From contig JBDRZU010000001.1 in assembly GCA_039804105.1 (NCBI GenBank), positions 1,295,985 to 1,359,984 on the forward strand: a DNA stretch of 64,000 nt. The letters run 5' to 3'. Every line of letters starts with the position of its first letter. Within the stretch, counting starts at the first letter, position 1. The position numbers and the translations under genes are program-made. Source of the DNA: a candidate division WOR-3 bacterium. Lineage in GTDB: Bacteria; Hydrothermota; 32-111. Of the stretch, positions 50,355 to 59,943 are shown one piece after another. Below the pieces are notes generated by a model. That model had not been told where the DNA came from, searched no databases, and saw only the letters and a program-made list of their open reading frames with translations.

Positions 50355-52376
50355 CTACCCATTGATTCTATCTCTTCCTTTTCTTTTAGCGTCGTACAAA
50401 GCATCATCAACCCATTTGAGTAATGTTTCAATACTATCACCATCATCGGGATAAGTTACAGTTCCAACAGATACAGTGATCTTGATGCCGTTTGTGAAGT
50501 TTGTTCTTTTAACAAGTTTGTTTATCTTTTCCGCTATCGAATGTGTAAACTGTTTACCTGTTCCAGGTAAAATTATGAAAAACTCATCTCCACCATATCT
50601 TGTAACGATATCTCCTTTTCTAACAGTTTTAGATAAAAGTTGAGCGAGTTCTCTTATGATCATATCTCCAACCATATGACCATAGTTATCGTTTATCTCT
50701 TTGAAATAGTCAATATCAAGCATAAGGATAGAAAGAGGAATGGAAAGTTTTTTTGATCGTTCGAGTTCATCTTTAAGTTTTTCGATGAAGAATCGATAGT
50801 TATACATATCTGTCAGTGGATCAGTGTTTGCAATTCTTTTGGTTTCTTCATATTTGAATGTGTTGTCTATTGAAACCGATAGGTGTGAAGCAAGGATTGA
50901 GATTATTCTAAAATCGTTTTCGTCAAGAGAATTGATGCCTTCACTTTCTATATCTAATATACCGATCATACCCGAAGAAAGTTGTAATGGAACTGCGATT
51001 TCGGACATTGATATATCAAGTCGTCCAACGAATCTTGGATCTGAACGTGTATCCTTTACATGAACTGGAGTTTTATGCTCAGCGACCCATCCAACGATAC
51101 CTTCACCCATCTTCAACATCTCGTTGATCCGTTCTATATATTTTTCATTGTATCCAGAGAAAGCTTTTATCTCGAGTTCATTGAACTCGTTGTATAGGAT
51201 TATAGATGTATTATAATGAGGAAAATTCTCTTTTATTGATTTTACAAAATGGTTCAAAAGATCGTCGAGTTGTATATGTGAGTTCATCAAAGCGGAGATT
51301 GTGGATACCTTTTCCAAATTTTTAATTAGTTGTTCCATCCTTGAAAACAGTTTTGCATTTTCGAGTGAAATTGCTGCAGTTTGAGCGAATGATTCTAAAA
51401 TTTCTATCGATTCGAGAAGGTTAACATATTTGTTTATGGGTTTATCAACAGTGATGATTCCTAAAATTTTGTTTTCCTTTGAATAGAGTGGAATTATGAG
51501 TATATCTTCAGGATGCCAGTTTACATATTCATCAGGTCGCTCCTCAGGTATCACATAAGCGATCTCATTCAAAGTTTTGTCTATCTGATCAAGGTTCATC
51601 TCTTTATGGTTTATATAGTATGATTTTGATATTCTGAATTTATCCTGCATCAAATTTTTTATGGTTGAGAAAGGGACCTTTTGTTTTTTCAATTTTTCGA
51701 AAACTTTTTCATTCAAACCGTTCTGAGCGACTCTTTCCATCGAATCTTCTTTTTCGTTGTAAAGGGAGACAAGAACAACCGAAAAACCAAGAGAGGAACT
51801 TATTGCCTTTGTGATTATGTTGAGGATCTTTTCAAAGTCAAAAGTTGATTGCAAAAGGAGAGTCAACTGTTGTAAAGTGTACAACTTTTTGTTGACTGTT
51901 GCTATCTTCTCTTCTATATCTTTTTCTGAATTCAATTTTTGTAATAGATATATCTTTGTTAAACCGTTTTTTATCGATGGTAAAATCTCAAGCATTTCAA
52001 GATTTTTTCTTTCATCATATATTTCACCTTCATTCTGAAAAATCAAAAATAATTCTTCTTGTTTATCAGTTAGAAATATATAATGATTTCCACTTTGTAA
52101 AACTACTTCATCTCCAATCCTTATATCATATAAAAGAGAATCTATCCTGTTGATCTGTTCTTTTTCTTCAACTGAGATCCTTTTAAAGTTGTACAGTTCT
52201 TTTGTTTCCGCAAAGGCCTTATCTTTTTTGAGTGTTGAATAGAAATAAAAACCGTTCTGAGTTTTTAAACTTAAAAAGAGATTTTTTATAAAATACTCTT
52301 TTAAAAAGAAATTTATTGCATCAATGAAATCTTTTTCATTTTCTGAACTCAAGAATTTACTTACAACAGGTTTCAT
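50355..52376 (-). CDS. GAF-GAF-GGDEF diguanylate cyclase with intact I-site
   Basis: The 673-aa product has two GAF-like regions followed by a GGDEF domain (RKGD-x5-GGDEF; RYGGDEFFIIL). Its stop directly abuts the HK start. Confidence 0.75.
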   Translation of the reverse strand: MKPVVSKFLSSENEKDFIDAINFFLKEYFIKNLFLSLKTQNGFYFYSTLKKDKAFAETKELYNFKRISVEEKEQINRIDSLLYDIRIGDEVVLQSGNHYIFLTDKQEELFLIFQNEGEIYDERKNLEMLEILPSIKNGLTKIYLLQKLNSEKDIEEKIATVNKKLYTLQQLTLLLQSTFDFEKILNIITKAISSSLGFSVVLVSLYNEKEDSMERVAQNGLNEKVFEKLKKQKVPFSTIKNLMQDKFRISKSYYINHKEMNLDQIDKTLNEIAYVIPEERPDEYVNWHPEDILIIPLYSKENKILGIITVDKPINKYVNLLESIEILESFAQTAAISLENAKLFSRMEQLIKNLEKVSTISALMNSHIQLDDLLNHFVKSIKENFPHYNTSIILYNEFNELEIKAFSGYNEKYIERINEMLKMGEGIVGWVAEHKTPVHVKDTRSDPRFVGRLDISMSEIAVPLQLSSGMIGILDIESEGINSLDENDFRIISILASHLSVSIDNTFKYEETKRIANTDPLTDMYNYRFFIEKLKDELERSKKLSIPLSILMLDIDYFKEINDNYGHMVGDMIIRELAQLLSKTVRKGDIVTRYGGDEFFIILPGTGKQFTHSIAEKINKLVKRTNFTNGIKITVSVGTVTYPDDGDSIETLLKWVDDALYDAKRKGRDRING

Positions 52377-52426
52377 ATAAAATCATTATAATATTTTATA
52401 AGATAAATGTCAACAAAATGAAAATT

Positions 52427-53098
52427 CTAATCTATTATCAAACCATCTTTGATATGGATTATTCTATCCGTCTTTCTGGCAACATCGGGTTCATGAGTAA
52501 CTATTATTATGGTTTTCCCTTTCTGATTTAGTTCCCTTAAAATTTTCATTATCTCATCTGACATTTTGGAATCAAGATTACCTGTTGGTTCATCAGCAAG
52601 GATGAACTGGGGATCGTTCGCAAGAGATCTTGCAATTGAAACTCTCTGTCTTTCTCCACCTGACATCTCAGATGGTAGATGGTGTATTCTGTGTGATAAT
52701 CCGACAAGTTCAAGAAGTTCTTTTGCTCTTTTGATACGTTCATTTCTTTTGACTTTGGCATAGATCATTGGCATTTCGACATTCCTTAAAGCGGTTGTCT
52801 TAGGAAGGAGATTATAACTTTGAAAAACAAAACCAATATATTTGTTTCTGATCTCTGCAAGTTTATCATCATCATATTTAGATGTGTCGTTTCCATTCAA
52901 AAGATATGTTCCACCAGTTGGTTTATCCAAACATCCAAGAATGTGCATCAAAGTAGATTTTCCTGATCCAGATGGTCCCATTATTGATAAAAATTCTCCT
53001 TCAGAAATCGTTAGGTTGATATCTTTTAAAGCTTCAACATAACCACCTTTAAAAGGATAATATTTTTTTATATGAAACATTTCTATTATATTACTCAT
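52427..53098 (-). CDS. ABC transporter ATP-binding protein (MacB/LolD family)
   Basis: The 223-aa product has Walker A (GPSGSGKSTLMHILG), the signature LSGGERQRVSIAR and Walker B (ILADEPTGNLD). Confidence 0.85.
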   Translation of the reverse strand: MSNIIEMFHIKKYYPFKGGYVEALKDINLTISEGEFLSIMGPSGSGKSTLMHILGCLDKPTGGTYLLNGNDTSKYDDDKLAEIRNKYIGFVFQSYNLLPKTTALRNVEMPMIYAKVKRNERIKRAKELLELVGLSHRIHHLPSEMSGGERQRVSIARSLANDPQFILADEPTGNLDSKMSDEIMKILRELNQKGKTIIIVTHEPDVARKTDRIIHIKDGLIID

Positions 53099-54308
53099 AT
53101 CTCAAACACTCCACTGGATCAAGTGATGCGGCCTTTCTTGATGGAAGGATTCCGAAGAATAGTCCTGCTGAAAAAGAGAAGGTAAAACCTAAAAGAACAG
53201 ACCATAAAGGAATCGCAAAAGGCAAATTTGTGAATTTTGAGATCGTAAACGAGATTAAAAAACCGGTAATTATTCCTATGATTCCTCCAGTAAGAGAAAT
53301 TGTGATCGATTCAAACAAAAATTGTAAAAGGATCTCTCGGTTTTTTGCACCAATTGATTTTCTTATTCCAATCTCTCTGGTTCTTTCGGAAACCGAGACG
53401 AGCATTATATTCATTATACCTATTCCACCAACTATCAAAGATAAAGTTCCAACAGCGATCATAACAAAAAAAATTGCTGTCGTAAGAGATTTCCACTGAC
53501 TGATCAATGCATCCTGAGTGTTTATATGGAAGTTATCGGGATCTTTAGGTTTTAACGAATGTGACAATCTCATGATCCATCTCAACTCTTCAATGGTTTC
53601 ATCAGGATTAAAACTTCTCACCATTATCGATATCCTTCTTGACTCATCTCCATAATATTTTATAAGGGTTGTATAAGGAATGTATACCACCTCATCCATC
53701 GATTGCCCAAAGATTGAACCTTTTTCTGTTGTTACCCCTATAACAATATATTTTCTACCATCAACCGTTAAAAGTTTTCCTATTGGATTTTCATTTTTAA
53801 AAAGGTTTTTTTGAATATCTTTACCTATAACACAAACATTTCTTCTGTATTTGATATCATCGGATGAGATTGGAATACCGATGTCTATCGATATATTCTC
53901 TATCTTAAAAGAATTTTCTGAAATTCCCGATACATTGACTGCTTCCAATCTTTCACCTTTATATTTTACTAGAAACCTTCTTGAAATCGAAATACCTACA
54001 TCCTCTGCTGATCTAATCATCTGTTTAACCATTTTATAATCGTTAAAGTCCACATAATTCCTAAAAGATCTTCTCCAATCGTTTGGACCCATCGAAACCC
54101 ATGGGAATCTTTCAACATAGATAACATTTGAACCAATTGTTGAGAAAACCTGTTGAACTTTCGATTCTAATCCAGCGATTATTGAGACAACTATTATAAC
54201 AGTCATAACACCAATGATTATTCCAAGCGTAGTTAAAAAACTTCTGAGTTTGTTGCTTCTTATAGAGTCCAAACTTACTCTTAAACTTTCCAGAAAGAGT
54301 TCTATCAT
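53091..54308 (-). CDS. ABC transporter permease, FtsX/MacB type
   Basis: The 405-aa product has an N-terminal MacB_PCD region and four C-terminal TM helices with an FtsX-like pattern. It overlaps the ATPase gene by 8 nt. Confidence 0.75.
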   Translation of the reverse strand: MIELFLESLRVSLDSIRSNKLRSFLTTLGIIIGVMTVIIVVSIIAGLESKVQQVFSTIGSNVIYVERFPWVSMGPNDWRRSFRNYVDFNDYKMVKQMIRSAEDVGISISRRFLVKYKGERLEAVNVSGISENSFKIENISIDIGIPISSDDIKYRRNVCVIGKDIQKNLFKNENPIGKLLTVDGRKYIVIGVTTEKGSIFGQSMDEVVYIPYTTLIKYYGDESRRISIMVRSFNPDETIEELRWIMRLSHSLKPKDPDNFHINTQDALISQWKSLTTAIFFVMIAVGTLSLIVGGIGIMNIMLVSVSERTREIGIRKSIGAKNREILLQFLFESITISLTGGIIGIITGFLISFTISKFTNLPFAIPLWSVLLGFTFSFSAGLFFGILPSRKAASLDPVECLRYE

Positions 54309-55480
54309 CTTTTTCTCCCTGAGGGAAATCTCTTATCAGAAGAAATTTTTACCTTTAAGCCATCTTTGAGAAATTTAAAGGACAAAAAAGGTCCACTTAC
54401 GATTGAATCTCCAGATTTTAAACTATCTGAAAATATCTCCATTTTTAAATTACCAGTTATACCCGTCTTAACGGGAACAAATTTTATCTTTCCTCCAGAA
54501 TATTTAAAAACACCCTCTTTGTTCTCTCTGTTTACCATCGATTGTATTGGGATCGATAGAGTACTATCCTTTTTGAGAGTAATTATATCGACATCACAAC
54601 TCATGCCTGAAACCAAAAGATTGTTATCAGGTGAATCATCGAGAATGATTTTAACTTCGTATTCAACGGCGGTTGAAGTTGATGATGAAAAGGCGGATGA
54701 TGAGGATGAAGAAACAGAATATTTTGGTCTATTTGCTTTAACAAAAATCTTTCCTGTGAAAGTTTTTTCGGGGAAAGCATCAAAAATAACTTTTGCAATG
54801 TTTCCATTTCTTACCTTTGAAATCGATGTTTCATCAACATTCGCTTTAACTATCAATTTTTGGTTGTTTGATATAGTCATAAGAACAGTGCCAGCGTTGT
54901 TCATTGTGCCTGTAATTATGTTTTCACCTTCCTCAACATATATAGCTGTGACTGTTCCATCTATGGGAGATCTGATGATGGTTTTTTCGAGGTTATCTTT
55001 TGCTATATCGTAGGATGATTTTGCAGATGTTAAAAGGTTCAAACTGTTTTTATATTCGAGTTCAGCGAGCGTGAATTCAGATTTTGAAATAAGATTCTGT
55101 TCGTAAAGTTTTTTCTGATTTTCAAATTTATATGAAACATAATCAAAATTTGATTGTGCATAGTTTAAAGCTGTTTCTGACTCCTTCAACCTTGCCTGTT
55201 GAGAAATGTCGTCAATTTTTAAAAGTGGAGCACCTTTTTTTACAAAATCACCTTCTTTCACAAATATTTTTAGACATTTTCCCATTATATCAGAAGAAAT
55301 TTCAACATCAACGAACGGTTCGAGTGCACCCGAAGCGTTGACAGTTTCCTCTATCGTATCGAGTTTTATCTCTGAAATTTCAACTGAAACAAGATTTTTT
55401 TTCTTTCCAAAAACAAGAAATAAAATGATCAAAACTATAATCGCTATAATGTATATTCTTTTTTTCTGAAAAATTTTCAC
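54305..55480 (-). CDS. HlyD/MacA-family periplasmic adaptor (membrane fusion protein)
   Basis: The 391-aa product has an N-terminal TM anchor and a coiled-coil hairpin plus beta-barrel domains. A Ser/Thr-rich low-complexity linker lies near the C-terminus. Confidence 0.7.
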   Translation of the reverse strand: MKIFQKKRIYIIAIIVLIILFLVFGKKKNLVSVEISEIKLDTIEETVNASGALEPFVDVEISSDIMGKCLKIFVKEGDFVKKGAPLLKIDDISQQARLKESETALNYAQSNFDYVSYKFENQKKLYEQNLISKSEFTLAELEYKNSLNLLTSAKSSYDIAKDNLEKTIIRSPIDGTVTAIYVEEGENIITGTMNNAGTVLMTISNNQKLIVKANVDETSISKVRNGNIAKVIFDAFPEKTFTGKIFVKANRPKYSVSSSSSSAFSSSTSTAVEYEVKIILDDSPDNNLLVSGMSCDVDIITLKKDSTLSIPIQSMVNRENKEGVFKYSGGKIKFVPVKTGITGNLKMEIFSDSLKSGDSIVSGPFLSFKFLKDGLKVKISSDKRFPSGRKR

Positions 55481-56712
55481 CTGATCCTCCTTATTAAATA
55501 AAGGTATCTATAATATGTCTTATAGTATTCCTTTTTTGAATTCAGATAGTTTACTAAACTTTCAATGTATGTTTTTTCAATCGAGGTATAATCGGTTGCG
55601 TTTAATTCTCCATTCTGGAAAAGGATTTTTGCTTTCTCAAAATTTTTTTGTGCTGATTCGTAGAGTTTTTTTGAACTATCAAGGAAATTTTTTGAAAGTT
55701 TTATTCTGTTATCAAAATTATTTATTTCAAGTTTTAAACTTTCCTCTGTTTTTAAAAAGTTAAGATAAGCGCTTTTCTGTGAATAATTTTTTTGGATAAC
55801 ATTTAAACTCCGTGAAAATCCTGTAAAAACGGGAAATGAAACTGATATTCCAAATCTAACCGTTGAACTATCCAAGAGTTCATCCAGATTGAATCTATAT
55901 GTTGTATCAAGCAAACCGTAGGAAACATTCAGGGATGCTTTTGGAAAGAATTCTGTATAGGATATGATTCTTTCCTCTTCAGAAACAGTGTAATTTTTTT
56001 TCGCTATCAGGTATTCTGGAAGATTTTTTAAAATCCTTGTTTGATCAATATCAAAAAAAGATATTTCTGGAAAAGTATCGATATCTAAAAGTTTCCCAGG
56101 ATATTTTATTCCGGTTAAATTTATGAATTCTTCAAGGTATGTTTGGTAGTTTATCTTATCCTTTTCATAAGAAAACAGAAGAGAATAATAGTTTGACTCA
56201 ATCTGCAAAAAATTTGATTCTGAAATAAGCCCATTTTCATAAAGAATTTTATTCTTTTTTAGATTTGTTTCCTCAAATGAGATTATCGTTGAATCGGTTT
56301 CAAGTTTTATCTGATGGGATAAAAGGTTAAAATATGATTCGATAATCTGTTGAGTTATATCGTTCAAACCTTTTAAATATAAAAGATTTGCTATATCCGA
56401 ATACTCCTTGTTTTTTAAGATACTTAAAAATGTTGGAAGGTTAAAAATCGTTTGGCTTAAAGATATTGACTGTGAATAGGTCCAGTTTGAATAATTTGAT
56501 GAATCGATCGATATAGAGTATACTATATATGGTAAAATTGATGGCAAAGAATTTAAAAGTGCTTTGTTGTTAATATCCCTTTCAATAACTTTCAATTTAA
56601 AATCGATCGATGAAGTTTTTGTTTTTAACAGAGCATCTTCAAGTGATGTTTGAGAGAAAACATATAAAAATGTTGATAGAATTAAAACAAAAATTATAAC
56701 AAATTTTTTCAT
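55477..56712 (-). CDS. TolC-family outer membrane efflux protein
   Basis: The 411-aa product has a signal peptide and two repeated OEP halves with coiled-coil-rich helices. It is the first gene of the tolC-macA-macB-like operon. GAGG lies 4 nt before its ATG. Confidence 0.65.
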   Translation of the reverse strand: MKKFVIIFVLILSTFLYVFSQTSLEDALLKTKTSSIDFKLKVIERDINNKALLNSLPSILPYIVYSISIDSSNYSNWTYSQSISLSQTIFNLPTFLSILKNKEYSDIANLLYLKGLNDITQQIIESYFNLLSHQIKLETDSTIISFEETNLKKNKILYENGLISESNFLQIESNYYSLLFSYEKDKINYQTYLEEFINLTGIKYPGKLLDIDTFPEISFFDIDQTRILKNLPEYLIAKKNYTVSEEERIISYTEFFPKASLNVSYGLLDTTYRFNLDELLDSSTVRFGISVSFPVFTGFSRSLNVIQKNYSQKSAYLNFLKTEESLKLEINNFDNRIKLSKNFLDSSKKLYESAQKNFEKAKILFQNGELNATDYTSIEKTYIESLVNYLNSKKEYYKTYYRYLYLIRRIR

Positions 56713-56788
56713 CTGACCTCACAACTTGAATTTGAATACAATTTTAATCGATAATCTTATTTAATCAACAACAATTTAGACGAAAATT

Positions 56789-57700
56789 TTAAACATTCCC
56801 CTCGCTTTTTTTTAAATTTTTTGAAATAAGATAACCTGAAAATATTATGAGTCCTCCACCTATTATAAGAAAAATGTTAAGTTTCAATTTTAAAAAGATA
56901 ATTTCATTTATGGTTGTGAAAAGAATTGTAAAAATGAAGAGTATAGAGGTTGAATTAACAGGAAGATATGATAGAGCGTAATTCCAGAATATATAAGCGA
57001 GACCGCTTTGAAAAATCCCCATTTCAAGGATCCAAAACCAGTGTTCAAATTTTGTAGGTGCATTTTTTGTTGATAAAAATAATATTGGAGAAACGGTTAA
57101 TGAAGATAATAAAAAGATCTTAAAAAGAAAATTTATTATTTTTTCCGGCTTGTTTCTTAAAGGTGTCACAAGTTTTGATGAAAGGTAAACATAGAAACCA
57201 AAACTCATACCGGTTAAAATTCCCCAGAAGATTCCTAAATAGAAATTGTCTTTCAGATCAAAAAAATGTTCCTTTCCCAAAACGATCACTATTATTCCAA
57301 AAAAAGATAGGATAAAGGCAACTATTTCAAAAAATGTAGGTTTTTTTCTGTCGATCATTAAGGAAAGAAGTATTACGAATATTGGAGAGAGATTTTCAAA
57401 TATCATTACAAGTGTACCTGACAGGTATTTTAAAGATATATGGTAAAGTAATGAATTTCCAGTTATACCTATTACTGATATCGCTAAAACAAGTTTAAAA
57501 TTTTCCCTGAAATTCAAATCCAATTTTTTTGTAAAAATCAGAAAAATAAAGAAAAGAAAAGTTCCTATGAAAAATCTCACTGTTGCGACGAACAACATGT
57601 TAACATTTTCACAAGCAAGATATCTTCCAGCAACCCCATGTATACCCCAGAGAAAGAGTGCTATGAAAGCATAAACCAAACCTTTTCTTTTTTCTTTCAT
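56789..57700 (-). CDS. EamA-family drug/metabolite transporter (DMT superfamily)
   Basis: The 303-aa product has 10 TM helices arranged as two EamA repeats. Confidence 0.7.
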   Translation of the reverse strand: MKEKRKGLVYAFIALFLWGIHGVAGRYLACENVNMLFVATVRFFIGTFLFFIFLIFTKKLDLNFRENFKLVLAISVIGITGNSLLYHISLKYLSGTLVMIFENLSPIFVILLSLMIDRKKPTFFEIVAFILSFFGIIVIVLGKEHFFDLKDNFYLGIFWGILTGMSFGFYVYLSSKLVTPLRNKPEKIINFLFKIFLLSSLTVSPILFLSTKNAPTKFEHWFWILEMGIFQSGLAYIFWNYALSYLPVNSTSILFIFTILFTTINEIIFLKLKLNIFLIIGGGLIIFSGYLISKNLKKSEGNV

Positions 57701-59943
57701 CAGTACTGTCCAAAAAATTCAGGGTAGTTGATCGGGTTTCCAAGATGAATATTAAATGTAAAGAAATCTCTTCTTATATTGTTTTTAAAATATCCTATGC
57801 CTGTTTCAAAAACTCCAAACGGAGTTGAAAAAGTTAAAGACAATCTTGAGCCAAATATGTATTTTATGAAAAATTGATCTATAATTCCATCAAAAAGAAT
57901 AGAACCTTCATTTTCACTCTGAATATAAAAGTTATCATTTATGAAATATTTTAAAGTGTAGGCGGAAGATATAGTATACCTTTTTTGAAGATTTTTATCA
58001 TAAAGATATCTTAACTCAAAAGTTGGTTGAGATGTCGGATAATCGAGAGAGATTTTTGAAGAAATTGGATAATATGGAAAAAGAAAATATATGAAACCAT
58101 ATTTGAAAACTATCGATGAGTTAAACTTTTTTGATAATCTTTTTTGATCCAGAAAATAACCTGTTGATTTTATGTATATTTGTTTTAAAGAATTCAGATC
58201 AAAAATATCGTTGTAAGTTTTTAAATCGGTTGTTTTGAGTGTGGGATTTGGAAGATTCAATCCAAGAACAAAACTTTTTTTATCCGTTGAAATGTTTAAA
58301 CTTAAAGGTTTTTCTTCTTTGTCAAGAAAGTAGATACCAACAGATGTTTTGAAAAGATCCAGAGAAAGAAATCTTTTATACTTTGATGAAATAAAAAATG
58401 AAAAAATTTTTCGTTTGTCTATGTTTGTCCCAAACAAAAATGTTGTATTGTAATTTTGCTCATAGTTGAAATAGTTATCAAAAACATTGTAATTTTTGTA
58501 GATGTGAAAATTTGAATAGATTCCAGCGAGAAAGTTTGAAAAAAATATACTCGGAGAAAAAAGGTTCAAGGTTAATCCTTTAATATAGTTACCTGCAAAA
58601 CCATATATGTCCAGATATGAAAGCGTGTTGAAAATATTATTTTTTTGATAAACCCCATAAAGATTGATTCCCGCTTTTGAATCACCGAAACCTCCAAATC
58701 TAAAAATTGTTGAATCGATCTCTTTTACTTTAATTTTTAAAATCATTCTCTGGTTGGCTTCATTTATTGTTATTTCAGGTTCGATCGATTCAAATATCGA
58801 AAGGGAATAAAGAGTATAGATTGTTTTTTTCAGATTGTCATAAAAGAAAATGTCTCCCTTTTTCATTTTCACAACATTTCTTATTGATTTTTCACTCCAT
58901 CTATTTTTCGATTCAATAATTAGAGTATCGATGATTCTTCCATTAAAAGTTTTGTATCCTTCTATATAAAATTTTCTGTTTTCTTTTGGGTATTTTTCTT
59001 CTTTTTTGATCTTTTCCTTTATCTGGGGAATGATCTGTTTTGCTTTATCGTATCCTTTTTTTATTATCTCCTCAGATTTTATGAATTCATAACCTCTATA
59101 TTTTCCAACATCAGGTCTTATATAGATACTGTATTTTTCAAGAGTATCAACAGGATAGTTTCTCGTTAACAGATCAACTATTGTAAAAGTTATATCTATA
59201 ATCGAAGGATTTTTTTCTTCAAGATTTTTTCCATCAGAAGAAACATCAACACTGATTATTACATCAGGATTAAAAGTATCTTTTAAAGATTTTAAAGGAA
59301 TATTTTCAAACATTCCACCATCGAAGTATGATATTGAATCAAAAATAACTGGCTTGAACACAAGAGGGATAGCCATGGATGCCCTTATACATTCTTCCAA
59401 TTTTCCTTTGGTGAACACTTTGGGTTTTTCACTTTTCAAATCCGATGCTGTGCAAAGAAATGGCTTATACATTTTTCTGAAATCTGATTTGATCGCATAA
59501 TCAACATCTGAAAAAAATGAGAAGAGTTCCAGATTTATTATCTTATCATCAACTGTTCCTTCAGGCATTTTGAGTTTACCATCTTTTAGTTCAGTAGTTA
59601 AAAATGTTGGATAGGAATTGAGATAAAGATAAACAGGTTGATAATTTTTCAGTGTTGTCTCATTGAGCCAGTTTTTTATATTTTCACTTAAAAAGATTGA
59701 TTCTATTTCACTGGCTGTATAGCCGGAAGCCCACAACCCACCAATTATTGACCCCATACTTGTTCCTGCAACAAAATCTATTGGTATATTGTATTCTTCA
59801 ATCACTTTCAAAACACCGATATGTGCAAGCCCTCTTGCAGCTCCTCCACCAAGGACAAGCCCTACCTTTTCTTGTCCATGTAAAAGAGAAAAAAAACAAA
59901 AGGTAAAAATGAGTAAAAATTTTTTCTTGTTTTTGAAAATCAT
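57700..59943 (-). CDS. patatin-like phospholipase fused to POTRA + Omp85-type beta-barrel (PlpD-like, type Vd autotransporter)
   Basis: The 747-aa product has a signal peptide, an oxyanion hole GGGAARG, the nucleophile elbow GTSMG and a catalytic DGG. A POTRA-like segment and a long beta-rich C-terminal region ending in aromatic residues follow. Confidence 0.7.
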   Translation of the reverse strand: MIFKNKKKFLLIFTFCFFSLLHGQEKVGLVLGGGAARGLAHIGVLKVIEEYNIPIDFVAGTSMGSIIGGLWASGYTASEIESIFLSENIKNWLNETTLKNYQPVYLYLNSYPTFLTTELKDGKLKMPEGTVDDKIINLELFSFFSDVDYAIKSDFRKMYKPFLCTASDLKSEKPKVFTKGKLEECIRASMAIPLVFKPVIFDSISYFDGGMFENIPLKSLKDTFNPDVIISVDVSSDGKNLEEKNPSIIDITFTIVDLLTRNYPVDTLEKYSIYIRPDVGKYRGYEFIKSEEIIKKGYDKAKQIIPQIKEKIKKEEKYPKENRKFYIEGYKTFNGRIIDTLIIESKNRWSEKSIRNVVKMKKGDIFFYDNLKKTIYTLYSLSIFESIEPEITINEANQRMILKIKVKEIDSTIFRFGGFGDSKAGINLYGVYQKNNIFNTLSYLDIYGFAGNYIKGLTLNLFSPSIFFSNFLAGIYSNFHIYKNYNVFDNYFNYEQNYNTTFLFGTNIDKRKIFSFFISSKYKRFLSLDLFKTSVGIYFLDKEEKPLSLNISTDKKSFVLGLNLPNPTLKTTDLKTYNDIFDLNSLKQIYIKSTGYFLDQKRLSKKFNSSIVFKYGFIYFLFPYYPISSKISLDYPTSQPTFELRYLYDKNLQKRYTISSAYTLKYFINDNFYIQSENEGSILFDGIIDQFFIKYIFGSRLSLTFSTPFGVFETGIGYFKNNIRRDFFTFNIHLGNPINYPEFFGQY

